64,000 nucleotides of DNA from Eledone cirrhosa (GCA_964016885.1 OZ024742.1:104470001-104534000); one strand, 5' to 3'; shown: positions 1 through 12,259, numbered from the stretch's first letter. Program-made: numbers and translations. Notes: a model not told the origin generated them from the sequence alone.

Positions 1-50
1 GCAGACACAGACACACATATATATATACACACATACACACACAGAGCTCA

Positions 51-81
<31 letters not shown>

Positions 82-450
82 AAGCTTTCCCCTCTTCATA
101 GCTTGTTTTTCATATATAAAGATAAAACTGCTATATAAATCTGAAGGTATTCTGAGCCCTCTCTGGTTCACTTTCACAGATACAGCATACATGCAAAGAA
201 GGTTCAGAATTTTGGGTCACAAGCTGTCAAATATCAAGTCAGATATTATTGAACACCCCCACCTTCCCACCCAGTTAAAATGTACAGAACTGCTGACAAC
301 AAAGTACTAAGTTTAATAATTTGTGACAAATTTAAAATATCTATTTGTAATGGTGAAACTATTCTAAAATACAGAGCACTTTCTCACAATGGAAGACTTA
401 CAATATTCAGCCAAAGCAAATAAATAAAATGCTGTGTCTGTTTGGCAAAC

Positions 451-628
451 CTACAACCACTAAACGCACAAACGCACTGCATTCAGAGTCCTGGCTCTTA
501 TACTGCAGCAACAACAGATCTTGCTTCTCAGAGCTAACAAACTGTGTAGCACCCTCACACCGAAGGTCATCTGGTATAAACCATCATTTCCTTTTAATAA
601 CACACCAAACAGTTTCACTCTCCAGATC
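451..628 (-). other. Possible host-gene exon (UTR or coding status unclear)
   Basis: On the minus strand a (CT)n polypyrimidine tract and 'aattttgtacag' acceptor precede position 628, and a weak donor TAG|gtttgc follows 451. The sequence is not recognisably repeat-derived. Confidence 0.3.
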
Positions 629-816
629 CTGTACAAAATTACCAGTTTGAGAGAGAGAGAGAGGGGGGGGGTAGAGAGAGAGAGAGAGAGGGGGGACATC
701 TTGAAGCTGATCTTTAATAAAACTACTAAAGTACAATATATTGTCAAAGATCTAACAATCATAAACACAATCTTCCAATACATGGAAGATATGAAAAGAT
801 TCAACAAAAGAAAAAT

Positions 817-1033
817 TTAACCCTTTAGCATTTAAAGTGGCTGTGTCCGGCCACAATTCTCTCACTTCTTTCTGTTCAAACCAGCGATAATTGGGCACTC
901 ATACTGATATTAAGGTATTGCTCTCAAAATAAATAATATCAAAATCTCATAGATTCGATATTATGTGAGATAAAGAGTTTACCATGAAAATACAATAGTA
1001 AATATAGAGTAATGTAAATGCTAAATAGAGTTA
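817..1033 (+). mobile_element. piggyBac-like MITE, copy 1
   Basis: Starts TTAA-CCCTTTAGCATTTA and ends in a decayed TAAATGCTAAA(t)AGAGTTA. Colinear with 58150-58379, whose right end is TAAATGCTAAAGGG-TTAA. Confidence 0.8.
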
Positions 1034-1344
1034 TGTAAACAGTATAGTTAATACAAAGCATTGTGAGATTTGTAATAAAGACTGATAAGATTAAAAAAGC
1101 CTACACATTCTTTGCCCTTTATCTTTCTACAGCATTGTATCGGCTTTTGGAAACTTTTAGGTCTTTTATTAAACATTTAACTACTTTATAGCTGTCCTTG
1201 TTTTTCACCTTTTTCTTACTTTTGCTTCTTTTGCCTTTTTTTTTCTGTTAATTATAACGAGTATTAGATACCTTCCCAGTTGATCGATGGCTTACTAATT
1301 CTAGATAGGTGTTTGAATTGATTAAATGAAAAAAATTGCCTAAT

Positions 1345-1960
1345 AATTTCTTCTCCAGTGTGAATATGTGGTCGGCTGTGCTGTGTCTGGGGCAAAAACC
1401 TCACTGTTCATCAGCAAGCTTGGACTCAACAAATCTCCCTGCATCTCTTTGCCAGATACTTAGCATGGACTTTACCAGTGAGGCTGATCCCTCTGTAATT
1501 GGAACAATCTCTCTTATCTCCTTTTTTGAAAATTGGGATTATGACTGTCGATTGCCATTGCTTAGGTGCCTTTCCAGAGATCCAGACGACCCAGCACCCA
1601 CGAATCAGCCAGACAATACCTTCTCTATTTAAGGCTTTTAACATCTTGGGCTGGATTTCATCTTCCCCAGTGGCCTTGTAGCATTTGAGCTCTTTACTGC
1701 TCTCGTGACCTCAGCCTCAGAGATTAGTCACTGCTCCCAGATGCACTTTGTGTACACCAGAAGTATTCACTCCACCTTGCGAGGATGCACCTATCTGAAG
1801 AGAGGAAAACCCCAGATGCATTCCTGATAGCAGGTGTAGAGGAAGATTTCTTATTACAAAGTCAGCAGGTGGTTCGCTATAACACCTTATTTGTTGCTCT
1901 GTAGTCGATTCCAGCTTAACTCCAAAGTCCTCCCATGTCTTAACTTTGGAAGACATGGGA
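1345..1960 (-). pseudogene. RTE-clade LINE reverse transcriptase fragment (N-terminal RT region), frameshifted
   Basis: ORF 1426..1644 reads 'PKQWQSTVIIPIFKKGDKRDCSNYRGISL'. It is preceded by KATGEDEI and followed by Q-GF..STADHIF; these are typical non-LTR RT domain 0-2 motifs. Confidence 0.9.
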
Positions 1961-2197
1961 GGTTAGGAATGTCAGCATGTGGTTAAAATGTGGGTGTATG
2001 ATTAGAATGTCTCAGGAAAGAATCGGTGGAAAGAACTACCAAGAAAAATCTGAGCAGAGGTTGTGGAGCTGATTTCAAAATCACTGAAGCTCAGAGATGA
2101 CAAAGAGCTGCAATGAGTGGAGAGATGCTGTGCTAGAAAGAACCTGTCCAACCCTTGCAAGCATGGAAAAATAGACATAAAACAGTAATGCTACTGA

Positions 2198-2200
<3 letters not shown>
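1960..2200 (+). mobile_element. Decayed 3' end of an RTE LINE (same family as 55770-56322)
   Basis: 'gagtggagagatgctgtgct...gtccaacccttgcaagcatggaaaa' matches the ORF end and 3' tail at 56240-56320. Confidence 0.75.
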
Positions 2201-2248
<48 letters not shown>

Positions 2249-2426
2249 ACTACATATACTTGTGTATAAGTTGCATGTTGGTTTTCATGGAAAAAATGCA
2301 ACTTAAACACCCCTATCCTCTAAGTATACATAGTATATATATATACATATACCCAGAGAATTTCCCATCTGCATTGTTGAGGCTTCCAAAACGACCAAAA
2401 GAAAATAAATCCTATTATTCCACAAT

Positions 2427-2613
2427 AGCAGTGGATTGGCAGTATAGGTAGAGGGTCAGACACCATGCTTTGACGCATAGAGTTACGGCCCTTGCCATTC
2501 TGAGTTCAAATACTGCCAAGGTTAACTTTGCCTTTCATCCTTACGGGGTCGATAAAATAAAGTACCAGTATTGCACTGGGATAATTGCTGGCCTTGTGCC
2601 AAAAGTAGAAACA
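2427..2613 (+). mobile_element. tRNA-headed SINE family A, short form, full length
   Basis: Has A-box-like TGGCAGTATAGGTAG, B-box GAGTTCAAATAC and body 'aactttgcctttcatccttacggggtcgataaaataaagtaccag'. The 13-bp TSD ATTATTCCACAAT lies at 2414-2426 and 2614-2626. Confidence 0.92.
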
Positions 2614-3289
2614 ATTATTCCACAATGCTTCAAGGAAACTTCAATACTCTATATACATTATATATATATATATATATATATATAGATAGATATTTGTATG
2701 TGTGTATATATAACATAAACCTAATATAACTGTAAAATTGCCTCCTGTTTTGTTTGTTTCATTTATTAACTATATATATATATATATATATATATTGGTG
2801 TGTGTGTGTGTGTGCGCGCACACTTTATAGTTGTTTTGAAATAGATATAGACATAGATATAGACATACATATACAGATGCTTATATGCACATGTATACCT
2901 TTACATACAAACATAATCATGCATACAAATGTATATTGGTGTCAAATGTGAACTAAACAGGAAATAAGGGTGGAAGGAGCACATCACATATCTGGGGGAA
3001 GATTGTAATCTCTTTGTGGACAGCAGAACAGGATACTATTAATTGACCCAGGGTACATGAGACACTGTTGCCTGGCTGTGTATATGGGGTGGTGTGTGAG
3101 TCTGCTGTTTATTAACACTGGGAAAAATAGTACATAACACACTAGTGATTAACCCCAGACACCTCACCCCCTTCTCCAAGATTATGCTGTACATACTGTG
3201 AGAAAGGAAGTAAGAATATAGACGTTATAGACAGGCTGTTCAATTTAGTAATATGGGATTATTTTTTAAAGTAATTTTTGGAACGCCAT

Positions 3290-3490
3290 TGTTGTGGTTT
3301 ATTTAGCACAAGTCAGCCAGCTCTAATCAAGGAGGCCCTATCATCAAACACTTTCCAGCCAGCCGCAAACAACCCATCTTTTTGAATATCATGAATTGCA
3401 TTAACCTATGTATACTTATTTAAGATGATAGGGGGTAGTTTGAGGAAAATTTGGCTATTTCTAACAGGTTGAGTGACCATGTTGTGGGTC
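3290..3490 (-). mobile_element. Old interspersed repeat family E (SINE-like; 'tagaaatagcagccaaat...gggctaaacaacaac')
   Basis: Related copies at ~13990-14115, 22310-22470, 42085-42295, 43230-43460, 48530-49130 and 57690-57850. Confidence 0.65.
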
Positions 3491-4160
3491 CAACAATGGC
3501 ACACTGAGGTGGGTATAATCAACTTTCTCTACAGTCTCTATTTCTGTATGTGTTGATTACCGTTAGCCTTTCCAACTGAGTTGAATGTTTCACTGATGAG
3601 GACTAATATGACTGAAACAAATTTTGCTTACATCAGATAGCTTAATGGAGCAAATTCACTCCAATCTGCATTTTCTATAGTGTTGAAAAATGTTGATATC
3701 ATCATCATATGTCCATGCTGGCATGGGTTGGACAGGTCGAATCAACCCATCTTGCTTATATGTCCATATTTGGTATTGTTTCTATGACTGGATGCCTTGT
3801 AACCACTTTACAGAGTGCACATCTATAGCTAGATGCCCATGCAAATATTTTGTTGCAAATTCAAATTCAACTGGGATTGACTAGGTGGGACGTTGGTATG
3901 ACAAAATAACAAAATGCTGATGTCAATGAAAGTTATTCAATGATTATATATGAACCCCTAATAAAACCTTTAGGCTTTATTCTTGTTGTTTAGCCACTGG
4001 TCAGTCCTGATGAAGCAGACCTATGTTTGATGACATTCCAATTCCAGTGTTGACCCTTATGACATTACCAGCTACATACAGTGCATAGAGAAATAACATT
4101 TGTAATTGCTTTAGTACTCAATTGATAACAGGTTGACTGATAAAATGACAAGTCAGCCAA

Positions 4161-4385
4161 TCATATTGATGGCCTCCCCACAACCCCGGCGGACAGAATG
4201 GAGAAGGTGTTTCCCCAGAGGACGGCAAGGAAGACGCGCTGGAAGAGCCATTCCAACTCGCGAGGCTCACACCTGCAGCTGGCCAGCTCAGCACCTATGG
4301 TGCTGAGTAGGGAGGTAGCCCTAGGGCTGAGGACACCAGAAGTCTCCACTGCCAAAGGTACGACCGCAAACCTGTTGGAGAGCTC
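4161..4385 (-). pseudogene. C-terminal fragment of a CRE-like non-LTR retrotransposon (restriction-like endonuclease region)
   Basis: Translation F..AVETSG...WLFQRVFLAVLWGN matches the F.P.AVET.G ... L.QR.S.A..RGN C-terminus of this group. Confidence 0.8.
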
Positions 4386-4530
4386 GTGTCCTCTTTTCTA
4401 AAACAGTAGAGTGTGCTGCTGTTTCTAGCAAATCAAACAGCTATATACATGCTCCCGATTTGCAAAACCTTTAAACTAACTTTGTAAGATGTTGGTTATA
4501 AAACAATAGGGTTATATAGGGCAGTTATAA

Positions 4531-4588
4531 TAATTGTTTCTACTTTAGGCACAAGGCCAGCAATTACCCAGTTCATTACTGGTACTTG
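4531..4588 (-). mobile_element. SINE A short form, 3' fragment
   Basis: Reverse complement of 'gtaccagtaatg..ctgggtaattgctggccttgtgcctaaagtagaaacaatta'. Confidence 0.85.
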
Positions 4589-5216
4589 AACAAGTATTAG
4601 CACCATAGCAGTGGCCAGTTTGTAGAGTTACATAAGAAGGTATAGTGTTTGTCAAGTTATAAGCCAATTTGGCAAAAGTATTTTTCTGTAAATTGGCAAA
4701 AGTACTAACAGGAAGATGGCTGGAGTATATGAGTATATAGCTTTCAACCAAGTGACACAGAAAACCCCACTTGACTAACTTAGAAACACTTCAGACAGCC
4801 ACTGGAAGAAATATTGTATGTATGTGTGCGTGTGCACCCACTAGAACACATTGTTTAGTGTGAAATTTTTGAAATTCACAGAAACTTCAGCTTCCAGTAA
4901 CTCTCTTTATATATATGTGTATATATTATGCGGAAGTTGAGTATTTATATTAATAGTGTGACTTAACTCCGGGCTATTGGCGGTTTCAAGACAACACATT
5001 TAAATCATCAGGTCCATTGGAGGCCGTGCATGACGCTAAACTACGTCATGTTTTACTTTTCTCAAACGGACCTGGTGATTTAGACGTGTTTCCATCAGGA
5101 AACCGCTGGTATGATGAAGAAGTACATATTAATCTAATCACATGTAATAGATATGAGGGCAAGTTTATTAGGCTAAAATAATTGTAAGAAATAAAATAAC
5201 TTCAGCTCTGCAGTTT

Positions 5217-5777
5217 GGTGTAATATGACTGAAATAATTTTATTTTGATATATATATATAAATATATATATATATATGCCGAAATTCGATCTCGCTGAAA
5301 TTATATTTGTATATATATATATATCTATATATATATATATCACAAAAAAAAAAGAGAATCAGTGTTGCAACGAATGGAATTTATTGGACATATTACAATC
5401 GTTTCTCTGGCAACCAGCTCGATGTGATGATCGAACCTGACTCTGAAATCGCAAGGTCCTCCGATACGTCTTGATTCTACGAAGCAGATTTAAAAAAAAA
5501 ATAAAAAAATCTGCTTCGTAGAATCAAGACGTATCGGAGGACCTTGCGATTTCAGAGTCAGGTTCGATCATCACATCATGGTTGCCAGAGAAACGATTGT
5601 AATATGTCCAATAAATTCCATTCGTCGCAACACTGATTCTCTTTTTTTTTTTGTGATATATATATATATATATATAGATATATATATATACAAATATAAT
5701 TTCAGCGAGATCGAATTTCGGCATATATATATTTATATATATATATCAAAATAAAATTTTTTCAGTCATATTACACC
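5217..5777. repeat. Long near-perfect palindrome (arms ~275 bp, 15-nt A-rich spacer)
   Basis: 5217-5491 is the reverse complement of 5507-5777, including the embedded (TA)n and poly-A tracts. A third partial copy lies at 5790-5875. Confidence 0.95.
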
Positions 5778-5975
5778 GATCGTGCCTCGAGCTGGTTGCC
5801 AGAGAAATGATTGTAATATATCCAATAAATTCCATTCGTCGCAACACTGATTCTCTTTTTTTTTTTTTTGCGATATCATACTCTGCTCTGTGAGAGCATC
5901 GAGTGCTCGAATGACCTACCACATATGGACGCTTTAAGCATCCAACACCAATTATATATATATTACATTCACACA

Positions 5976-6054
5976 CAGGGTGTCCCAAAAAATGTATACA
6001 CACTTTGATTAGAATGCTGTTGAAGTGTGTATATAATTTTGAGGAAACACCCTG
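5976..6054. mobile_element. Tc1/mariner-type mini-MITE (~80 bp)
   Basis: TIRs CAGGGTGTCCC.../...AAACACCCTG followed by TA. A second copy in the opposite orientation is at 29288-29372. Confidence 0.8.
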
Positions 6055-6059
6055 TATAT

Positions 6060-6222
6060 GTAGATTCCAGAGTTGTGTCGGAGGGTAACCAGAGTTAAAA
6101 ATGTTATTCAATACATTGGTAGAGTATAGGCATTTTTATTATATATAGAAATGACTTCTACTGTTTCATTCGTTTTGAAATCATCATCAGGAATGTCCTG
6201 ATACGAATGAAACAGATCTAGT

Positions 6223-6226
<4 letters not shown>
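6060..6226. mobile_element. TA-embedded fold-back element with hammerhead-like core on the minus strand (6154-6197)
   Basis: Leader motif at 6103-6126. Minus strand reads GACATTC-CTGATGA-...-GAAACAG-TA-GAAGTC. Related to 12150-12250, 34710-34885 and 38555-38600. Confidence 0.6.
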
Positions 6227-6271
<45 letters not shown>

Positions 6272-6787
6272 AGTGAACAGCACAAAATATAACTACTCCA
6301 TTACCAAAAGTTTCTGGATCACAGACGATAATAATATCTCTGGATCGTTCGTCAGATAGAGATGTTATGACATCTCTATCTGACGAACGATCCAGACGTA
6401 TATATATTATTATACATAGAGCACTCTTTTTCCCTTGCTTTTCCTTTAGAATTACGTAACACAAAACATATATATATATATATATATATATACATATTTA
6501 TATCTCCTTATAATATATAACCACCAATTTCTGTCTGTCTGTCCGACAGTGGAAACACGTGCGCGCGTGGTTGCAATCTCTCTCTCTCTCTCCAGCTATC
6601 CCTCTCTTTTAGTCTGTCTGTTTCTCTCACTCTCACTCTTTCTCTTTGTAACACACTAACATTCCTCCCCTCTATCGCTGTGAAGAATGGGGAGATGGAG
6701 GAGGAGGAGGAGGAGAGAGTCACTTCGTTACTTCACCTCTGCCTTTCTTTCTCTCCCCTCTCACTCCCTCATTACGTACAGACATTA

Positions 6788-6978
6788 GGGCGGTGGATTG
6801 GCAGAATCTGTAGAGTCGGACACCATGCTTCATAGCATGGAGTTACGTCCCTTTACGGTCTGAGTTCAAATACCGCCGAGGTTAACTTTGCCTTTCATCC
6901 TCACGGGGTTGATAAAATAAAGTACCAGTAATGTACTGGGTAATTGCTGGCCTTGTGCCAAAAGTAGAAACAATTATT
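6788..6978 (+). mobile_element. SINE A short form, full length
   Basis: Colinear with 2427-2613. Confidence 0.9.
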
Positions 6979-7095
6979 AGAAACATTGCTTCATTTTTAC
7001 ATATCTAAGCATTAGTAAAATAACTAATAATTTCAAAAGTAATTTTTCAATTCCAATTGTTATGAACAGCAAAACATTAATAATAATTTTGTTTT

Positions 7096-7625
7096 AAGAA
7101 ATATATATACATTTCTGTGTGTGTAATATATATATATATACACACACAGAAATATATATACATTTCTGTGTGTGTAATATATATATATATACACACAGAA
7201 ATATATATACATTTCTGTGTGTGTAATATCATCATCATCATCAACGTTTAACGTCCGTGTTCCACGCTTGCATGGGTTTGGACGGGGGTAGTCCCACTTG
7301 AGGCAAGAGTGATTGTCTTGCTCGCATAGGACTGTCTGGCAGGTTTTCTACAGTTGGATGCCCTTCCTAACACCAACCACATTTACAGTGTGGGTCTGGG
7401 AGGTTTTTACCGTGTTGCCTACACGGCCACATTACAGCGTGGACTGTGTGTGTTTTTGTCGTGACACCTACACGATCTCATTTGTTTCGGCCTCGATATA
7501 TATATATATACACACACAGAAATATATATATATACACACAGAAATATATATACATTTCTGTGTGTGTAATATATATATATATATACACACAGAAATATAT
7601 ATACATTTCTGTGTGTGTGTAATAT

Positions 7626-7668
<43 letters not shown>

Positions 7669-7730
7669 GAAATATATATACATTTCTGTGTGTGTAATAT
7701 ATATATATATACACACACACAGAAATATAT
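7096..7730. repeat. Palindromic-unit minisatellite (~45-55 bp unit) interrupted by a SINE
   Basis: The unit 'agaaatatatatacatttctgtgtgtgtaatatatatatatacacac' is repeated at 7096-7228 and 7496-7730. Confidence 0.85.
7228..7495 (-). mobile_element. SINE/retroposon family D with RTE-type 3' tail and (GAT)n end
   Basis: 'gtggttggtgttaggaagggcatcca...cccatgcaagcgtggaacacggacgttaaacg(atg)n'. Close copy at 42610-42880; older copies at ~3700-3820, 38325-38495, 41020-41200, 41220-41510, 49220-49525, 56805-56990 and 61670-61775. Confidence 0.85.
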
Positions 7731-8229
7731 GGGCATTTCTCTGTTTGTCTGTCTGTCTGTCCTTCCCTAAAACTCAAATGTAGGTGCTACAGAAATATTA
7801 CCTTCCCCTTCCTTTCTCCACTTTGGTACTACCAAGAGAAACACTGTCACTATAGAAACATTACCTTCCCCTCTCCACTGACTTTGGTCACTGAGGCCGA
7901 GGGAATCGCTGGTTGCTATAGAGACACCTTGCACAAGCCAGAAGTAACCAGTTCGAGGCGGTTCTGACTTGACACCATGCCAAGGACCATTTGAAGATAT
8001 ATTTCCATCGTTATATCAAAACGTGTATGTATCATAACATTTATATTTCCGTCACTAAACTCTTTTTCTCCTTTTTAGTTTTAACATTTATTTATTTCAA
8101 AGATTTCACCGTATAGATAACATATATATTTATACATGCATAAAAGACACACCGAGAGACGGTGAACATGTGGTGCCGAAAACATTTCTCATCCAAATCT
8201 CAAAAATATCAGTATCTACACTAGATTTG

Positions 8230-8266
8230 CTAGCAGAAAACCGCCCACCGGGTGGTTTTCTGCTAG
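8230..8266. repeat. Helitron-type 3' hairpin/palindrome ending in CTAG
   Basis: ctagcagaaaacc-gcccaccgggt-ggttttctgctag, directly abutting the next Helitron's 5' TC. Confidence 0.65.
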
Positions 8267-9417
8267 TCTATATATATAAAACGGTAGATGTCTGTCTGTG
8301 TGTGTGTATGATTTTTATGCATTTCCACATTTCTCTACCGATTTTGATGAATTTTTTTCCAATGTGCTCCAAATTTACCAGGGCAGGTCAACGCGTAATT
8401 ATTTTTGCCAAAAATTTCCTGCTTCTATGAAAAAAAATCGATAAAACTAAATACATGCTGTAACCCTCTCTCTTACACGCTTCATTCCTCTCAATCTCCT
8501 CTGCAACTCTCTTTAAAAGGTTACTGCCTCCGTCTACTACCCCTTACAGTTTAGAACAACGACAAACCTTCTTTTGAAGGAACGCGACACAAACTTTGAA
8601 ACCTAAGCAACAAACAGTCATAACGACACTCATACAGCAAATATAAAAATTTAAAAAGCCGATAACACTAAATACATACTGCTCTCTCAACGTTCCATTT
8701 TACATCAAATAAAAAATATTCAAAAGCAACAAATGAATTTATAAAACAACAAACGTAATTTAACAAACAATTCAACAAACATAATTTAACTGCTTTACTC
8801 TCTCTGTCGCTCTTCACTCCCTATATGACAATACTGCAGAGAGAGAAACAATGTATATGATCAAATGGAGCGTTCCGTATATTCCCCCTCTCTATAATTT
8901 AACTGCTTTACTCTCTCTGTCGCTCTTCACTCACTATGTGACAACACTGCAGTGGAGCGTTCCGTATTGGCGTACGGCTTATCTGGGGCATTTTCAATCG
9001 ACTTATTGCAAATAACAACCCACAAAATAACACTTCATATAACAGATTAATGCTATAGACATATGAATCGAAATGTAACCCGTGAACTTTTTCCTGGGAA
9101 AAATTATTCGAACAGACATGACCTCATTGCCAGAGTGTTCAGACTGAAACTGGCTAATCTCCCATGGCGGACAGATCTGACACCCAGCGGCATCAGGGCC
9201 ACCATCTTGCAAATTTGGTCTACTAAATTCGCTATTGGAAGATTATTAACCCATCATTGATTGTCCAAAATGCTAATTGGTTCGTAACTATTAATAACCG
9301 GTTCAACTGCTTTATGCACTCAATTGATAAGCTTATGCGCTTTCAAGCTTCGTTTACCTGTATGTAACTTTTCATAGCAAATGAACAAACCCGAGCAACG
9401 CCGGGCTAAACTGCTAG
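8267..9417 (+). mobile_element. Non-autonomous Helitron
   Basis: Has a 5' TC-TATATATATAAAA end followed by (TGTC)n/(TG)n, and a 3' GC-rich hairpin 'cccgagcaacgccggg' ~8 nt before terminal CTAG followed by T. Internal Rep remnant 'RHDLIARVFRLKL' at ~9110-9152; internal 59-bp duplication at 8781-8839 and 8895-8953. Confidence 0.88.
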
Positions 9418-9431
9418 TATATATATATATA

Positions 9432-9636
9432 TAGGAAAAAGTATGACCCCGACGGCAGAGCTCAAGCCGTTTCGGCGTCTATTTGTAGACTGAAATCAGT
9501 CCAGAAATAGCCGTCGAAAGAGCTTGAGGTCTGCCGTCGGGGTCATACTTTTTCCTATTACCCACTCTACTACCCTAAGTATTGAGTACTCTGGTGCGTT
9601 ATGGTCCATCTGGTTCCTTACCACAACTCCTTCGTT
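9432..9636 (-). mobile_element. TA-embedded hairpin element, family X1
   Basis: ~50-bp stem (9432-9484 with 9504-9557) plus leader motif at 9565-9590. Homologues at 12260-12398 and 51556-51748. Confidence 0.75.
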
Positions 9637-11040
9637 AGATATATATATATAGATAGATATAGATATACCATAACAACCAATGAAATTTAATACTGATTTC
9701 TTACGTTGACCTAAGGCCTAATATTTGTAAAAGAGGAATTGATTAAATAGATCCTAGTATTTGCCAGGTACTAATGTCATTCATACAGATGTTCTGGGTT
9801 GTAATTGGTGCTATTGACTGAATGCAGAGAGGCGAAATTGGATATACTACTCATCCCCCGCCCTAAACTTAACAGGGATATGTTTTATACTTACAGCAAT
9901 ATATAATATTGTTATACTTTGGGAGGGTCATGTTGCCAATAAGAATCTTGCTAAACAAATTCAGAAACGAAATATATAATGTTTTATAATTAGAGCAATA
10001 TATAATGTAATATACATTTCTAATAAGCCCATCCCTCTCCCTGCGTGGAGAGACAAAGAGAGGGGGAGAAAAAGAAATGTGCATATTTAGATATGTTTGT
10101 CCAAGTGTATGTATGTATATATATATATATATATATATGGTTTTTTACATTCATTTAATTTATTAATATTTTATTTGAGTGACCCGAATCTTCCTGGTCG
10201 TTCTTTTTCGGCTGCATGGGTGATTTTAGGCATGACCTCTACGTGTTGGTATTTTAACGATAGTTATAGCTCTGATTTTTCCAAATTATTGAGCCCTCTG
10301 CCACATATATCGGATATTGTTTATCGTGATTTCGTGGGCTGATATTCCGATTCTCGATTATTCTGAGAGAGAGCGAGAGAGAGAGAGAGAGAGAGAGAGT
10401 GTTGAATTTCGTAATAATATCCAAGCTGGTAGAGCACTCAATGCGAGAGAAGAGCTGTTACATAAAATATGTTATTGTATATATACACACTTATCCTCCA
10501 ACCCTTGCTAGTAGGATGTTAAACGATGATAATGTTATGTGTGTGTTTCATATAATTTAAACAACATACAAGTTAACTGGTATCATTTATCAAGAAAAAT
10601 GTTTAGTTTCGATTTACTTACTCACACGCAGTAATAAAACCACACGTGTCTGTATATGTAGGCCACTGCATATTGTGTATGTAAACAGCTATGTCTTCAA
10701 ACATTTCTACATATATGAATGTAAATAGTTATGTCTACACATATTTCTACATGGATCTATATAAACAGCTAAGTCTACACTTATTTCTACGTGTAATAGC
10801 CTTTTAAAGTTCGTTGTTTCTTTCGTGTGTATCAGTAACAGTGAAGGTATGCCGTTATGACGGGGTGAAATGAAATGGAGAAGGTGGGACTGTTTGACTT
10901 CTAAAAAGTTGTAACAATCTACAAACTTAGACACAAGTCACGTCCAGGTCTTTCCGGGGGATATTAGTGACCGAAAACTGGAAGAGCAAAACCAGGTTGC
11001 TAATTTCGCTCTAAGGAACGTCTGCTCTACTCATAATCTA

Positions 11041-11193
11041 TGAGGGTCGGCAAAAATCTTGCATGCATTAATTTCAACTCTTCTAATTAGTAACTGCATT
11101 GTTTCCTTCCAGGGACTATGTTGAAAAATAAACCTCATTTAGTTATTCCATGAGAGTATCTTGGTCAGCCTATGAACTTTCAGACGACCCTCG
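11041..11193. mobile_element. mariner-like MITE
   Basis: Ends (T/C)GAGGGTCG.../...TATGAACTTTCAGACGACCCTCG. It is the reverse-complement homologue of 24171-24556, and the TIR resembles CGAGGG-type mariner ends. Confidence 0.75.
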
Positions 11194-11553
11194 ACAAAAC
11201 ATTTAACGCACACATTCCTCATTATTTATCGAGTGTTTGGGACAACATTTAATAAAGTTTCGTATATAAAGTTGTGATGGAAAATATTTAACTAACTCTT
11301 CCATCACCAGATTTATAACGAAAAACACTGCCAAGATATTTCAAGGAATTTGTGTGGATCTAATAACATAAGTAACTTTCTCATTATTTAGATAGTGTTT
11401 GAAATCTAACATATATGCATATTGCTCGTTTGTTGATTTGTTTCTTTTGTAAATCATATTCACATAAAAACCATAAACCTTACAGTAAAACGGTTTATCT
11501 TTAATCAGATATAGAGTAGGTATAGATAAAAATCATTACGAACCTAAAATAAT

Positions 11554-11603
11554 TGTTTCTACTTTAGGCACAAGGCCAGCAATTACCCAGTGCATTACTG
11601 GTA
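11554..11603 (-). mobile_element. 5'-truncated SINE A (50 bp)
   Basis: 13-bp TSD AACCTAAAATAAT at 11541-11553 and 11604-11616. Confidence 0.9.
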
Positions 11604-12035
11604 AACCTAAAATAATACAAAGTTGGGAGCACTATATTCAAAGAGTTCTTTTAAAGTGAAAGAAAGTTATTCTAAATCTCAATCATGATTCACTTAATAA
11701 TTCCCGGAAAGTCTTAAGAATATGTCGTTATTTTTCAAGTTAACTTGTTTTTGACCAATTGCTACTTTCTTTTTCTAAACGTTTGGCTAAATATTAAATT
11801 CTATTCTAGACATATATTTGAGTATTTTATGTAAATAAATTTTTGGGGAAACTAGAAGACCCACACATTCGAATCTCTCTTATGCTATGGTCTGTCGTAA
11901 TTGGGATATCACGAAATCCTAAGATATGAAAATCAAATCTAAGTTATTACAATTTCACTGAATCATGAAAATCAGAGAATCTCATTTCATTTTCCCTATA
12001 AATCTGTTTGCCCTGTGAGCATTTCAGGTATTGCA

Positions 12036-12138
<103 letters not shown>

Positions 12139-12259
12139 TGCATCCCGGGTTCAATCGTTGGTAACCATAGTAAGTAAGGTACTCAATACATAGTAGAGTA
12201 TATATGTTTAATATGGAAATGGCTTCTACAAGACTAGAACTGTGTCATATCAAAATGGA

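Noticed and set aside
3585-3640. Hammerhead-like CTGATGAG...GAAAC (also ~31140-31190 and ~41700-41735)
   Set aside because: The core words are partly present, but I could not form convincing stems I-III or a cleavage triplet.
7313-7783. YIYI/THT-rich ORFs (also 61694-62306 and many others)
   Set aside because: (TA)n/(CA)n microsatellite translations.
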